A stretch of DNA of 64,000 nt from Candidatus Poseidoniaceae archaeon (GCA_016777125.1 JADHSC010000006.1:7915-71914); one strand, 5' to 3'. Numbered from the stretch's first letter, positions 1 to 10,127 are shown. The notes: generated from the letters alone by a model not told the origin. A program made the numbers and translations.

Positions 1-196
1 CAAATGGGTGTTCAAAATCGATTCCAAATCGATGAATAGGGAGATTATGAGTCGGTTTATACAACGTTCGGAGCATGAATCTTGTAAAGGGATTAGAAGA
101 AAGTATCCTAAGCATTAACAATGATCTGCCATGAGCCTTTTCAGAATCTTGAACCGCAAGTAACGGCCGAGAAATGAATCGAAAGACTCTCCCCAT
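1..196 (-). CDS. pyrD: Quinone-dependent (class 2) dihydroorotate dehydrogenase, N-terminal part, runs off the window edge
   Basis: Not in the ORF track. Manual translation from ATG 196: MGRVFRFISRPLLAVQDSEKAHGRSLLMLRILSSNPFTRFMLRTLYKPTHNLPIHRFGIDFEHPF, matching the RPLL..D.E.AH and FG..F.(N/H)P pattern of class 2 DHODH N-termini. Confidence 0.75.
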   Translation of the reverse strand, partial: MGRVFRFISRPLLAVQDSEKAHGRSLLMLRILSSNPFTRFMLRTLYKPTHNLPIHRFGIDFEHPF

Positions 197-247
197 GGCT
201 TCTCCTTGAACCGATATCCTTCAAGCCTTGTGATGGTTCGGAGTGCC

Positions 248-667
248 ATGGAGGAGAATTCGCCACTCTGGCTGGCGTTGCGAGAAGCAGGACGTAGAGT
301 CCTTTCCCTCGGTGAAATATCAATCGAAATACCAGTGAAACATCATGACCGATGGCATCGGCTCATTCTCAATATGAGTGATGCTTTGCCACAACGAATT
401 ACATTTCCAATTATTTCTACTGGCCAGCACTTAGTGGTAAGAGATACGAATAGCCGAATGATAGTAACTAACCACGAAGCACCTTCATCGATGGATACCC
501 TTTGGCTGCCATTGAAAACCGACCTCGTATTACCTGCAATTGAACAAATGTGTTCGGAATTACTTCTGGCAGGATATCCTGGATGTGAAGGGTGTGGATT
601 TAGAGAAAACGAAGATGTATGGGACGAAGAAATGAGCCGAAATAATCTTCACGCTTTCTTGGAGTAG
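248..667 (+). CDS. Hypothetical protein with C-terminal CxxC (YPGCEGCG)
   Basis: ORF 206..667; ATG 248 preferred because TTCAAG lies 28 nt upstream; divergent from pyrD. Confidence 0.6.
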   Translation: MEENSPLWLALREAGRRVLSLGEISIEIPVKHHDRWHRLILNMSDALPQRITFPIISTGQHLVVRDTNSRMIVTNHEAPSSMDTLWLPLKTDLVLPAIEQMCSELLLAGYPGCEGCGFRENEDVWDEEMSRNNLHAFLE

Positions 668-673
668 TTCCAT

Positions 674-691
674 AGATACCGTAAGGTATCT
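674..691. promoter_or_regulatory. Perfect inverted repeat AGATACC-GTAA-GGTATCT (operator or RNA hairpin)
   Basis: 7 bp stem with a GNRA loop, between the stop at 667 and the TTCAAAAT box at 693-700 upstream of the topoisomerase. Confidence 0.4.
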
Positions 692-746
692 GTTCAAAAT
701 GAAGTTTGGCGAGCCTTCAAGTATGGTCGACAAACCGGGTGAATTG

Positions 747-3479
747 ATGAGCATCGTTGTCCTCGCCGAGAAGCCTAGTGTTGCAGAGGACATTGCCAAA
801 GTGCTTGGCATCTCCAAGAAAGAGGCAACACACTGGCAAGGTGATGGGATTGTCGTAACCTGGGCTGTTGGGCATATGCTGGAACTCAAATACATGGACG
901 ACTATGATCCAGAGTTCAAGAACTGGAGAAAAACTGCTGACAGACTACCCTATATTCCAGAAGAATTTGAATTCAAACCAAAGTCAGGATCTACAAAAAA
1001 ACAACTCACTGCAATTAAGAAATTAATGAAAGATAAATCCGTTTCTGAAATTGTTAATGCCTGTGACGCTGCAAGGGAAGGCGAACTTATTTTTCAGACA
1101 ATTTATCGTCACGCTAAAATCAAGACGAGCGTTAGTCGTATGTGGTTGCAATCAATGACAACATCAGCAATTCAGAAGGCTTGGGATGGTAGAAAATCTT
1201 CAGAGGAATTCAAGCCATTATCAGATGCAGCCTACAGCAGAACCCAAGCAGACTGGCTTATCGGAATGAATGGTTCTCGTGTTGCTGAAATCTTTTTACC
1301 CAAAAAACGAACTGAGAAACAAGCAATCTCAATTGGTCGTGTTCAGACTGCTACGCTTGGAATAATTGTCGATCATGAACTCGAAGTTCTCAAGCACATT
1401 CCCACTCCTTATTGGGAACTTAATGCCACGTTTACAAACAAGACGAGCACTTGGAATGGACGATGGGAAGGAGGAAAATCCAATGATGACGTAAAGGCAC
1501 ATTGGGTTCTTACCCAGCAAGATAAAGACCGTATTCAAGAATTATTGGATGGCGGCAAAGATGCAGAGGTATCTGAAAAGTTGACGATTGGAAAAGAACA
1601 CCCACCTCTCAATTATGACTTAACATCATTACAACGACAAGCGAATTCTATGTTCTCTTGGCCTGCGAAGAGGACCCTTAATGTTGCACAAGCACTCTAT
1701 GAACGACATAAATTGACTACATACCCAAGAACTGATTCTCGATATCTCCCCTCAGATATGACAGATGCAATTGATGAAACAATCGCAAATATCGGTGAAC
1801 AATCAGATTTCACAAGTTTTTCAAATCATCTAAAGAAGAGTGGTTTAGAAAATGTCAAGAGGAATTTCAATGATGCGAAAGTCGGTGATCACTTTGCAAT
1901 TATCCCTACGGGGAAGAAGCCTTCCGGTTCACTATCAAATGACGAAAAGAGACTTTATGACCTCATCGTTCGAAATTTCTTAGCGTCTTGGTACCCACAA
2001 TCAACTATCGAGAAGCAAAAGAGAACAGCCAATTTAGGTGGTGAGATATTCACTAAAGAAGCACAGCAATACCAAACATTAGGATGGAGAGAAGTCGTTC
2101 CAAAGAATTTGAATTTCCCTGAAGGATGGGGTTCACTTGATCAAAACCCAACCACTTCTAAGATTGAGGAACACACTTGGAAAGAGGATAAATCAAAACC
2201 ACCATCACGTCTCAAGGAAGCTCGTTTGTTAACACTTATGGAACGTGCCGGAAAGGAAATTGAAGATGAAGAATTAGCAGAAGCGATGTCTGATAAAGGA
2301 CTCGGCACACCTGCAACAAGAGCAGATACAATCGAAAAACTCCTCTCTCGTGGGTACATTTCTCGACAACAATCTGGAGCTATTAATGCAGCAGCTCATG
2401 GAATTAGAATCATTGAAATCCTAAGACGGATTCCTGTTGAATGGATAACCTCTGCTGAATTAACTGGTGAAATGGAAGCTGCACTAACCGACGTACAACA
2501 AGGCAAACTTGCTGCAAGTGAATACATGCAACGCATCATCGACCAAACAAATGATCTTGTCACAAGAATTCGTGATCATGAAAGTAGCGATCTCTTCACA
2601 AAGGATACATCAATTGGACAATGCCCGTTATGTGACAGCAAAATAACAGAAACTGCACTTTCTTACACATGTGAGAAAAACAAAGGAAAGGACAAGGGTT
2701 GTACCTTTGTGTTTTGGAAGGATACAAGCGGAAGATGGTTCGATAGAACTACTGCTGCAAGGCTCTTACAAGATAAGAAAATCGAGGACCTTCACGGTTT
2801 CTTTAATCGAAACGGAGAATCCTACAACACAACGATTACGATTGATGACTCAGGGAAAGTTACCTCAGCAGTGTCCTCTGGTACACGAGCCAAGAATACA
2901 GATCAAGCAGTTTGTCCATGTCCAAAGTGTGATGATGGTATAATTCGAGAAACTGATACACATTATGCATGCGATAATGATAATTGTAAATTCAGAGGTG
3001 TAGGCAAAGAGATCTGCAAAAGGGAAATTTCTCCAGATGAGGCAAAGGCCATATTGGTCGATGGAAAATCAGCACTTATCGAGAATTTTATTTCACGAAG
3101 AGGCCGTCCATTCCCTGCATTCCTCATTCTTGACGGAAATAAAGTTGGTTTTGAATTTCCACCAAGAGAACCTGCTGCTGACGCTCGGAAATTTGAGGTT
3201 CAGCCTGGTGTTGTTGCAATATGTCCTAAATTCAAGACTGAAATATATGAGACAGAAACACATTATCGACCTAAAACAAGTGCATCCGGATGTAAAATCG
3301 ATATTCCTCGTGAAATTGGTAAGAGAGAATTGACGCGAGAGGAAGCAAAAACCTTGATTGAAAAAGGTGAGGTTGGACCGTTTGATGACCTCATTGCTAA
3401 GAAAACGGGCAATCCCTACACTGCAATTCTTTATCTGAAAAAGAATCAAAGAATTGGTTATCGGTTCGCTAAACGGTGA
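747..3479 (+). CDS. topB: Type IA DNA topoisomerase, bacterial TopB (topo III)-like, with C-terminal Zn-ribbon and repeat domains
   Basis: LAEKPS Toprim start, NACDAAREGELI, GRVQT, catalytic TYPRTDS, GLGTPATRA; CxxC ribbons and repeated I.REI..REL.REEAK units; ATG 747 preceded by GGTGA. Confidence 0.88.
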   Translation: MSIVVLAEKPSVAEDIAKVLGISKKEATHWQGDGIVVTWAVGHMLELKYMDDYDPEFKNWRKTADRLPYIPEEFEFKPKSGSTKKQLTAIKKLMKDKSVSEIVNACDAAREGELIFQTIYRHAKIKTSVSRMWLQSMTTSAIQKAWDGRKSSEEFKPLSDAAYSRTQADWLIGMNGSRVAEIFLPKKRTEKQAISIGRVQTATLGIIVDHELEVLKHIPTPYWELNATFTNKTSTWNGRWEGGKSNDDVKAHWVLTQQDKDRIQELLDGGKDAEVSEKLTIGKEHPPLNYDLTSLQRQANSMFSWPAKRTLNVAQALYERHKLTTYPRTDSRYLPSDMTDAIDETIANIGEQSDFTSFSNHLKKSGLENVKRNFNDAKVGDHFAIIPTGKKPSGSLSNDEKRLYDLIVRNFLASWYPQSTIEKQKRTANLGGEIFTKEAQQYQTLGWREVVPKNLNFPEGWGSLDQNPTTSKIEEHTWKEDKSKPPSRLKEARLLTLMERAGKEIEDEELAEAMSDKGLGTPATRADTIEKLLSRGYISRQQSGAINAAAHGIRIIEILRRIPVEWITSAELTGEMEAALTDVQQGKLAASEYMQRIIDQTNDLVTRIRDHESSDLFTKDTSIGQCPLCDSKITETALSYTCEKNKGKDKGCTFVFWKDTSGRWFDRTTAARLLQDKKIEDLHGFFNRNGESYNTTITIDDSGKVTSAVSSGTRAKNTDQAVCPCPKCDDGIIRETDTHYACDNDNCKFRGVGKEICKREISPDEAKAILVDGKSALIENFISRRGRPFPAFLILDGNKVGFEFPPREPAADARKFEVQPGVVAICPKFKTEIYETETHYRPKTSASGCKIDIPREIGKRELTREEAKTLIEKGEVGPFDDLIAKKTGNPYTAILYLKKNQRIGYRFAKR

Positions 3480-3521
3480 ATTCGGAAGAAACTTCATGAA
3501 GTCGACCCCCTCAAAGCAACC

Positions 3522-4739
3522 ATGGACTACGACTATGATGTCGTCATTGTCGGTGCTGGCCCCGTAGGAGGCTATGCATCTCGGCTTCTTTGCGAGAGAG
3601 GATTATCAGTATTGATGATCGAGGAACATACTGAAATTGGACGTCCATTCCAGTGTGCAGGTCTTGTAACTCCAAGCGCAATGCATGCGGTGGAAGCATA
3701 CGGCACTGTCGTTCAAGATGTTGATGGAGCATTAATCCATGGTCCATCTGGAACACTTGTACCTGTCGGCAAAGATGGGGAATTGCGTACCTATGTAGTC
3801 TGTAGAAAACGATTCGACCAAGAAGTTGTCCAACAGGGTTTGAAAGCGGGGGCAGACATCGTCCTCGAATCACAGCCGACCGATGCAGTGATTCATCCTG
3901 ATGGAGTCCTTGTGACAATTAAGAATCAACGTACAAAACTAGAACGAGAGGTTTCTTGTAAACTCTTCATTGGTTGCGACGGTGCACATTCTTGGGTACG
4001 GAGGAAATTCAAAATGGGTCATCCAAAAGAAATGATGGTTGGCTTCCAAGCAGAAGTGGTGGGATATGAAGGCAAGAATCGCTGGCTCGAGATGTACAGT
4101 GGTTCTGAAATTGCACCAGGGTTTTTCGCATGGGTAATTCCATCTGGTAATGACACTCATCGAATCGGATTATGGTCAAAGGCTGATATGTTGGATGGGA
4201 AAACAATCCTCGACTGCTACAATGATTTACTGACACATCCTTTATGGAAAGAACGATTTGAGAATATACGGGAAACTGCACGTTATTGTGGACCTGTACC
4301 TTCCGGAATGATCCGTCGTCCCTTCAAAGAACGAGTGATGGTTCTTGGCGATGCAGCGGGTATGGCCAAGCCCACAACTGGAGGAGGTCTTGGCCCAGGA
4401 TTCAAACAGATCTCATCAATCGTAGATAATCTCGTCATTGCAATAAATAACGATAAACTCACTGAAAAAGATCTCAAATCCGTTACGAAAGCATCATGGC
4501 CGAAGATGAAAAAAGAACAAGATAGAGCGCGGGCACTACGTGATCTCCTCGTATCAACCCGTACAGATGAAGAACTGGACAAGCATTTTGCTAATTTTGC
4601 AAAACCTGAAGTCATTCAATTGATCAACTCAGTTGGAGATATCGAAAAGCCTGTACCACTTGGAATGGCATTATTACGTAAAGTACCTGCCTTTAGGAAA
4701 CTAGCATTCCAAGCTGGAGTAAAACTGCTTTTCACGTGA
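3522..4739 (+). CDS. Geranylgeranyl reductase family (digeranylgeranylglycerophospholipid reductase-like)
   Basis: VVIVGAGPVG FAD motif, QCAG, R..FDQ, GCDG, PGFFAWVIP, GDAAG..KPTTGGG. Confidence 0.88.
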   Translation: MDYDYDVVIVGAGPVGGYASRLLCERGLSVLMIEEHTEIGRPFQCAGLVTPSAMHAVEAYGTVVQDVDGALIHGPSGTLVPVGKDGELRTYVVCRKRFDQEVVQQGLKAGADIVLESQPTDAVIHPDGVLVTIKNQRTKLEREVSCKLFIGCDGAHSWVRRKFKMGHPKEMMVGFQAEVVGYEGKNRWLEMYSGSEIAPGFFAWVIPSGNDTHRIGLWSKADMLDGKTILDCYNDLLTHPLWKERFENIRETARYCGPVPSGMIRRPFKERVMVLGDAAGMAKPTTGGGLGPGFKQISSIVDNLVIAINNDKLTEKDLKSVTKASWPKMKKEQDRARALRDLLVSTRTDEELDKHFANFAKPEVIQLINSVGDIEKPVPLGMALLRKVPAFRKLAFQAGVKLLFT

Positions 4740-4749
4740 GGCGATACCT

Positions 4750-5883
4750 ATGGGTAAATGGAATATCATTCACAAAGTGAGGTATCCTCCGTTTGACCAT
4801 CATCGCTGGAAGCCTGATTCAGTCCCCACCATTCATGAGGAAGTGGACACGAATCTTACAACTAAACTAGTAAAGAAAAAGTATCCCGAATTTGTAATTC
4901 AAAGTGAAGAAGGATGGTTACTTGAACGCTCCTTTGTGTCGACTGATGATCTCCAGTGGAATGAAGATTCTTCGGTTTTAGTTGATAACTCAGCATTTGT
5001 TAATCTTATTGAACAACAACGAAGCGGGTGGTATATTATACCAAATAATCTCCATTCTGTTGCGAGAAGATTGATAGATTTCGCCGTCATCTTACTCTTA
5101 GTATCACTCACATATTTGTTTATTGAGCCTATACTCAGATCCATTGGTATACCCAGTTTCGGAACTAAAAGTATCCGATTAGGCCTGTTGGATTATCCTC
5201 TATTGACCGTTGTCGTGGTACCATTTCTCTTGATGCCATTACTGTTGAGAATAATTGCCAATTTTTTGGATTTAAAGAAACAACAAGACTATTTTAAAAA
5301 TCCAGCCAAATCTCCAATAATCGAACTTGAATCAAATATCCAAAGTGGTAAATCTCTTCGTGGGAAATGCATCATTCCAGAAAGGCGTGAAGATTGGAAA
5401 TCTATTTCTGTTCATTGGCATGTTGGAACATTGCCACCCTCGAGAGCTGCTTTAGTGGAATTGTCTGGAAGAAAACTAGGAGAACAACCACCAGTTGGGC
5501 TTTCAACACCACTTCCTCACCATTGGGAGGAAGGCCTTGATGATGGCACTGCGGGAGGTGAAGATGCTCCTATGGAGAGACAAGATATTCCTGGAGGCGT
5601 ATTTCTCAGGCCGATGAGATTCTCTGAAGAAGGTGGTGGACAAGTGATCGAAGAAGATGGTCAGTTTGAACTCACCCCCCCTCCAACTTTGTGGCCTGGA
5701 ACGGTAAATTCTGAATTACTTCGCATTCACTGGGAACTTGTTATCAAAATAAAGAGACAACATAACATGCCTCTTCTATGGGTTATGCCTATTCGTGTAC
5801 AATTTCCAACTTCTAAAATACATTTAGATAATCTTGTTGTTAATGATTCTCGAACTGAACATTTTTTCATCGGTAAGCGTTAG
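4750..5883 (+). CDS. Two-TM membrane protein with a possible arrestin/SpoOM-like C-terminal beta-sandwich
   Basis: Two hydrophobic helices near aa 105-170; then SGKSLRGKCII..KSISVHW and PPTLWPGTVNSELLRIHWELVIKIKR. Confidence 0.55.
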   Translation: MGKWNIIHKVRYPPFDHHRWKPDSVPTIHEEVDTNLTTKLVKKKYPEFVIQSEEGWLLERSFVSTDDLQWNEDSSVLVDNSAFVNLIEQQRSGWYIIPNNLHSVARRLIDFAVILLLVSLTYLFIEPILRSIGIPSFGTKSIRLGLLDYPLLTVVVVPFLLMPLLLRIIANFLDLKKQQDYFKNPAKSPIIELESNIQSGKSLRGKCIIPERREDWKSISVHWHVGTLPPSRAALVELSGRKLGEQPPVGLSTPLPHHWEEGLDDGTAGGEDAPMERQDIPGGVFLRPMRFSEEGGGQVIEEDGQFELTPPPTLWPGTVNSELLRIHWELVIKIKRQHNMPLLWVMPIRVQFPTSKIHLDNLVVNDSRTEHFFIGKR

Positions 5884-5912
5884 GTTCATGTCCTACGCTT
5901 TGATGTAGATGC

Positions 5913-8900
5913 ATGGGCAAAAATGGAGCGGCCGCTGTTTTCCTTTCACTGTTAATGTTATCAGGGTGCTTTGGAAGCGGCGATTCAAATGCTGATGTTG
6001 AACCGGAGGATACTGTTGCAATCCCATACACCATCGAGGCTTCATGGGATCAAGAAATTGTAACAGGAGAAATAGGTGAAATAAGTGAATTGAATATTCT
6101 TCTTGAAACTACTGGAGAAGGTAGTTACACTATGGAATACAGCATCAGCCATTCAAATGAAGTTGAGGATGCTGCTGAGTGGAGTGTTACAGAGAAGGCG
6201 ACCTACATTTCGATTATACTGTTACCAAACGTACCAGGTACTTATCTGATTGAAGTAAAGATACTCCCTTCAGAAGGCGAATTAATTACGATGACAAATG
6301 CGGTTGAGGTCCAAACCCCTGATGAAGGTACAACCTCGTTGATTGTACCACAATACATCGTAGCAGAATCTTCTATGCTCTTCGTTCAAGGCCAAATCTT
6401 GCACCAGTCTATTGAATCATGCTTTGCTAACATCACGATTCCTCAGGGGGATTTCAATCTCGAATCATATGTATTATCAATCAAAGAAGATGGAACATTC
6501 AATCACATGCTCTCGGAATTAGACTTCCGCAATGAGTCATTTATAATCGCAATATATGCGCAATGCGGTATATACACAATGTCAGAAGATTTTGGAAATA
6601 CAACAATCATCATCGAAGCCAACAATGATGCAGATGGCGACGGAATCTTAGACGAGATGGATCAATGCCCAGACGGAATTGGAGAATCTGATGGTTGGGC
6701 TTCGAATCAACAAAATGACATTGACCAGGATGGATGTAGAGATTTCGATGAAGATATTGATGATGATAACGATGGCATACTAGATGCAAAGGATGGTTGT
6801 GTTTCGACCATTGGTTGGACAAGCACCCTCAGCAATGATCGAGACAGTGATGGCTGCAATGACGATACCAATGATGACGACGATGATGGAGATGGCATCC
6901 CTGATGTCGATGACTCGTGTCAGTTTGGTGAAGTAAACTGGCCTGCAAACCTATACAATGATTGGGATCAAGATGGATGTCATGATTTAGTTGAAGATAT
7001 TGATGATGATAATGATGGTTCCTTAGATACTGATGATTCTTGTCAAAAAGGAAAATCTAATTGGGAGGGCGAGAGGAATTCCAATACTGACTTTGACATG
7101 GATGGATGTTATGATTTAACAGAAGACGAAGATGATGATAATGACAGTGTTAATGATGTCAATGCCACAGGTGCAGACTTAGATCAATGTCCTTTCACAC
7201 CGCTAGGAGCAACTGATGTTGATGAATTCGGATGTGCAGCTGTACAACGCGATTCTGATTCTGATGGTGTCAATGACCTCTTAGACCAGTGTGAGGGAAC
7301 TCCTACTGGATTACTCGTTAATGCTGCTGGATGTGCAGATTTAGATGGTGATGGAGTCTTTGCGAATGTTGATATTTGTGACAATAGTCCTACAAAATGG
7401 ACAATTGATGTTCAGGGGTGCGCCATTAATCAGAAATCAATCCCTTGGACATCTGGAACGACTGTCAGTGGACCAATGGATGTTGTCCCAACATTCACAG
7501 TCCCCACCCTTGACGGTACATTCACCCTACAAAATAAATGGACTGGGGATGATGTTTATCTCTTCATGTTCAAGTATACTGACTCAAGTGGCAACTCAAA
7601 TTCTGCAACTTGGGCTACAAATCCAGGCACATTTATCAGGAACCTCCCCGAAAATACGCATCTCTTTTATGGCTCATTTGATTCAACATATCACAACGAT
7701 ATAACATCGAGAAAGAGTGATGTTGAATATCGATTAAATCCAAGTGAAGAACTAGAATGGTCCGGTCGTATCCATTATATCGACATGGATGCAAGTAATA
7801 TTCAGGGTGGACTTGGACAGATGATTTCTAACACGAATAGTCCATTTTTCATGGGAATTGATCGATTCCAAAGAGCAAGAGAAACTGGTTCAATATATGC
7901 TTGGACAACGCAAACCAATGACCCGAACCACTATGCGTATGAACCGCACCAATGGAATGCTGAATTTGAACCTGAAATTCGAATGCAGGATTCTGGAATT
8001 GATGTTGTTACATTGTATGATTTCGAGAGACATGCTGGAGGATGGGGATCCAATCATAATTCATATCGAAATGCCACGTTCACTATGCCAAATAATATGA
8101 CGTCTTATGACACTCTCGAGGTGTTCCATGAGCATGCTTGTGATGAACGAAGCAATTGGTTCCAAAAGAGCGATAGTTCCTATGGGGGATGTCATGAGTG
8201 GGATTATCTTGCTCACCTCTACATCTGCGATGCAAATAATTCATCGACATGTGGGACTGAATTTATGCGATGGATTACAACATATGGACGTGAAGGACGT
8301 TGGCTTACCGACATTAGCCCATATCTCTTCATGTTAGAGGAGGATGAAACGCGTAGATTCCGTTACAAAGGAGCGAATAAAGGCGATATGACGATTAAAT
8401 TCTTATTCTCAAATTGGGGCAGTGGAGAACGTCCACATGATGCAACATTTGCATTCACTGGTGGTCAGTTCGATGGGACCTATAACAACGAGAGCCGTTA
8501 TGTGCGAAGTTTAAATTTCTCAGTTCCAGATAATACAACGAGAGTTGAAATTGTCGCAACAATAACGGGACATGGGTTCCAAAAAGATAACGCTAATTGT
8601 GCAGAATTTTGTGATCATGAACATCATTACTATGTTGATAATCATCATACCTACGAATGGCATCCAATTGTAAGTTCCAATACTGGATGTGAAAATGAAA
8701 TCGAAAATGGAGTCGTGGCTAATCAATTTGGATCTTGGCCATTTGGCCGAGCAGGTTGGTGTGCAGGGCAAGATGTCAAGCAATGGTCCTACGATATTTC
8801 ATCATGGGTTGATTATAATGGTCAAATTAACGAATTAACATATCGTGGACTCTTTAATGGGCAGGAATACAATCCAACTGGAGAATCGAGTAAGGGTGGC

Positions 8901-8954
8901 AGAAACATCGTAGCTGAGATATGGGTTGTATTCTACACCAATTCGACAACTTGA
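5913..8954 (+). CDS. Lipoprotein with thrombospondin type 3-like Ca-binding repeats and a C-terminal peptide-N-glycosidase F-like domain
   Basis: Lipobox LSGC; many DxDxDG..D..D.CP repeats; CHEWDY, EFMRWITTYG, NCAEFC and RAGWCAG motifs. Confidence 0.78.
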   Translation: MGKNGAAAVFLSLLMLSGCFGSGDSNADVEPEDTVAIPYTIEASWDQEIVTGEIGEISELNILLETTGEGSYTMEYSISHSNEVEDAAEWSVTEKATYISIILLPNVPGTYLIEVKILPSEGELITMTNAVEVQTPDEGTTSLIVPQYIVAESSMLFVQGQILHQSIESCFANITIPQGDFNLESYVLSIKEDGTFNHMLSELDFRNESFIIAIYAQCGIYTMSEDFGNTTIIIEANNDADGDGILDEMDQCPDGIGESDGWASNQQNDIDQDGCRDFDEDIDDDNDGILDAKDGCVSTIGWTSTLSNDRDSDGCNDDTNDDDDDGDGIPDVDDSCQFGEVNWPANLYNDWDQDGCHDLVEDIDDDNDGSLDTDDSCQKGKSNWEGERNSNTDFDMDGCYDLTEDEDDDNDSVNDVNATGADLDQCPFTPLGATDVDEFGCAAVQRDSDSDGVNDLLDQCEGTPTGLLVNAAGCADLDGDGVFANVDICDNSPTKWTIDVQGCAINQKSIPWTSGTTVSGPMDVVPTFTVPTLDGTFTLQNKWTGDDVYLFMFKYTDSSGNSNSATWATNPGTFIRNLPENTHLFYGSFDSTYHNDITSRKSDVEYRLNPSEELEWSGRIHYIDMDASNIQGGLGQMISNTNSPFFMGIDRFQRARETGSIYAWTTQTNDPNHYAYEPHQWNAEFEPEIRMQDSGIDVVTLYDFERHAGGWGSNHNSYRNATFTMPNNMTSYDTLEVFHEHACDERSNWFQKSDSSYGGCHEWDYLAHLYICDANNSSTCGTEFMRWITTYGREGRWLTDISPYLFMLEEDETRRFRYKGANKGDMTIKFLFSNWGSGERPHDATFAFTGGQFDGTYNNESRYVRSLNFSVPDNTTRVEIVATITGHGFQKDNANCAEFCDHEHHYYVDNHHTYEWHPIVSSNTGCENEIENGVVANQFGSWPFGRAGWCAGQDVKQWSYDISSWVDYNGQINELTYRGLFNGQEYNPTGESSKGGRNIVAEIWVVFYTNSTT

Positions 8955-10117
8955 TTTGGCGGTGAACACATTACGTCAGGCAATGATATGGTCGTATCTG
9001 GTGTTTCTAGGTGAATATAATCGCTATTACGCCGTTGGGGAGAAAATCCAGACCGAATGATTGAAGTTTGTAATTCCTGTTCAGAAGCACTGAATTTTGT
9101 GGTACCGGATGCTGACACTACATTTTCTTCCATCATCGTAGATCCTGCATCGTCGGCACCTCCTAGAAGTGCCATCTGAGCTACACCCATGCCCATTGTT
9201 GGCCATGAAGCCTGTATGTGTGGGACATTATCGAGGAATAAGCGAGATATTGCCACGTGGCGAAGATATTCACTCGCACCAGCACCGAGTTCAAATCGAT
9301 TTGAACCACGATTTCTTTTTCCGAATGTATTCGTTTCAAGTTGAACTGGCCAAGCAATAAATGAAGTGAAGCCAATGTGTCCTTGGGATAGGACTCGTTC
9401 TTGTTGTTGACGAATTCTATCCAAATGCTCAATCCTATTGGAATTGGTTTCTCCAAATCCAATAACGTTCGTAGCACTTGTCGTCAGCCCTAATGTTTGA
9501 GCTTCTTCCATAACACGCAACCAATTATCAGGATGGCCTTTCTTTGGAGACACATCTGTTCGTACTTTTTCAACGAGCATTTCTGCACCACCTCCAGGCA
9601 GGCCATGCATACCTGCTTCTTTGAAACGGATAAGGACTTCAAGAGTAGTGCTATCTGTAACTTCAGCAATTCCCTCTAATTCAATTGGTGAGAAACAATC
9701 CAAATCAATGGAAGGATGATGAATCCTTAATTCTTTAATCAAACCAATATACCAATCGATATCAAGAGCGGGATTTACTCCCCCTTGCATAAGTATTCGA
9801 GAACCTCCAATGTTCTCTAATTCGACGATTCTTTGTCGAATCTCATCATAGGTCTGAGTGTATGTTTCGTCATGGCCAGGTGGGCGATAAAATGAACAGA
9901 ATTGACAATTGATTGTACACACATTGGTGTAATTGATGTTCCGATCAACAAGGTATGTCACCTTAGTACTTGGATTATGTAATTTCCTTCTATGATGGGC
10001 TGCGTCCATTAATTGATGGAGAGGTGCAGAATCGTACAAAACGAGTGTTTCCTCATTTGTGAGACGAAAAATATCGTTCGATGTAACAATTTTTTCAATG
10101 ATTGTTGACCAATCCAT
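8933..10117 (-). CDS. mqnC: Radical SAM enzyme, cyclic dehypoxanthine futalosine synthase (MqnC/CofH family)
   Basis: DRNINYTNVCTINCQFCSF (CxxxCxxC), LMQGG, PGGGAEML, IQASW, GSTMMEENVV; ATG 10117 preceded by GGTGA. Confidence 0.8.
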   Translation of the reverse strand: MDWSTIIEKIVTSNDIFRLTNEETLVLYDSAPLHQLMDAAHHRRKLHNPSTKVTYLVDRNINYTNVCTINCQFCSFYRPPGHDETYTQTYDEIRQRIVELENIGGSRILMQGGVNPALDIDWYIGLIKELRIHHPSIDLDCFSPIELEGIAEVTDSTTLEVLIRFKEAGMHGLPGGGAEMLVEKVRTDVSPKKGHPDNWLRVMEEAQTLGLTTSATNVIGFGETNSNRIEHLDRIRQQQERVLSQGHIGFTSFIAWPVQLETNTFGKRNRGSNRFELGAGASEYLRHVAISRLFLDNVPHIQASWPTMGMGVAQMALLGGADDAGSTMMEENVVSASGTTKFSASEQELQTSIIRSGFSPQRRNSDYIHLETPDTTISLPDVMCSPPNQVVELV

Positions 10118-10127
10118 GGGCTCACCT

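Noticed and set aside
6620-7420. GAT-rich low-complexity DNA resembling tandem repeats
   Set aside because: Explained by Asp-rich DxDxDG protein repeats; no exact DNA repeat unit or spacer structure, so not CRISPR or a VNTR
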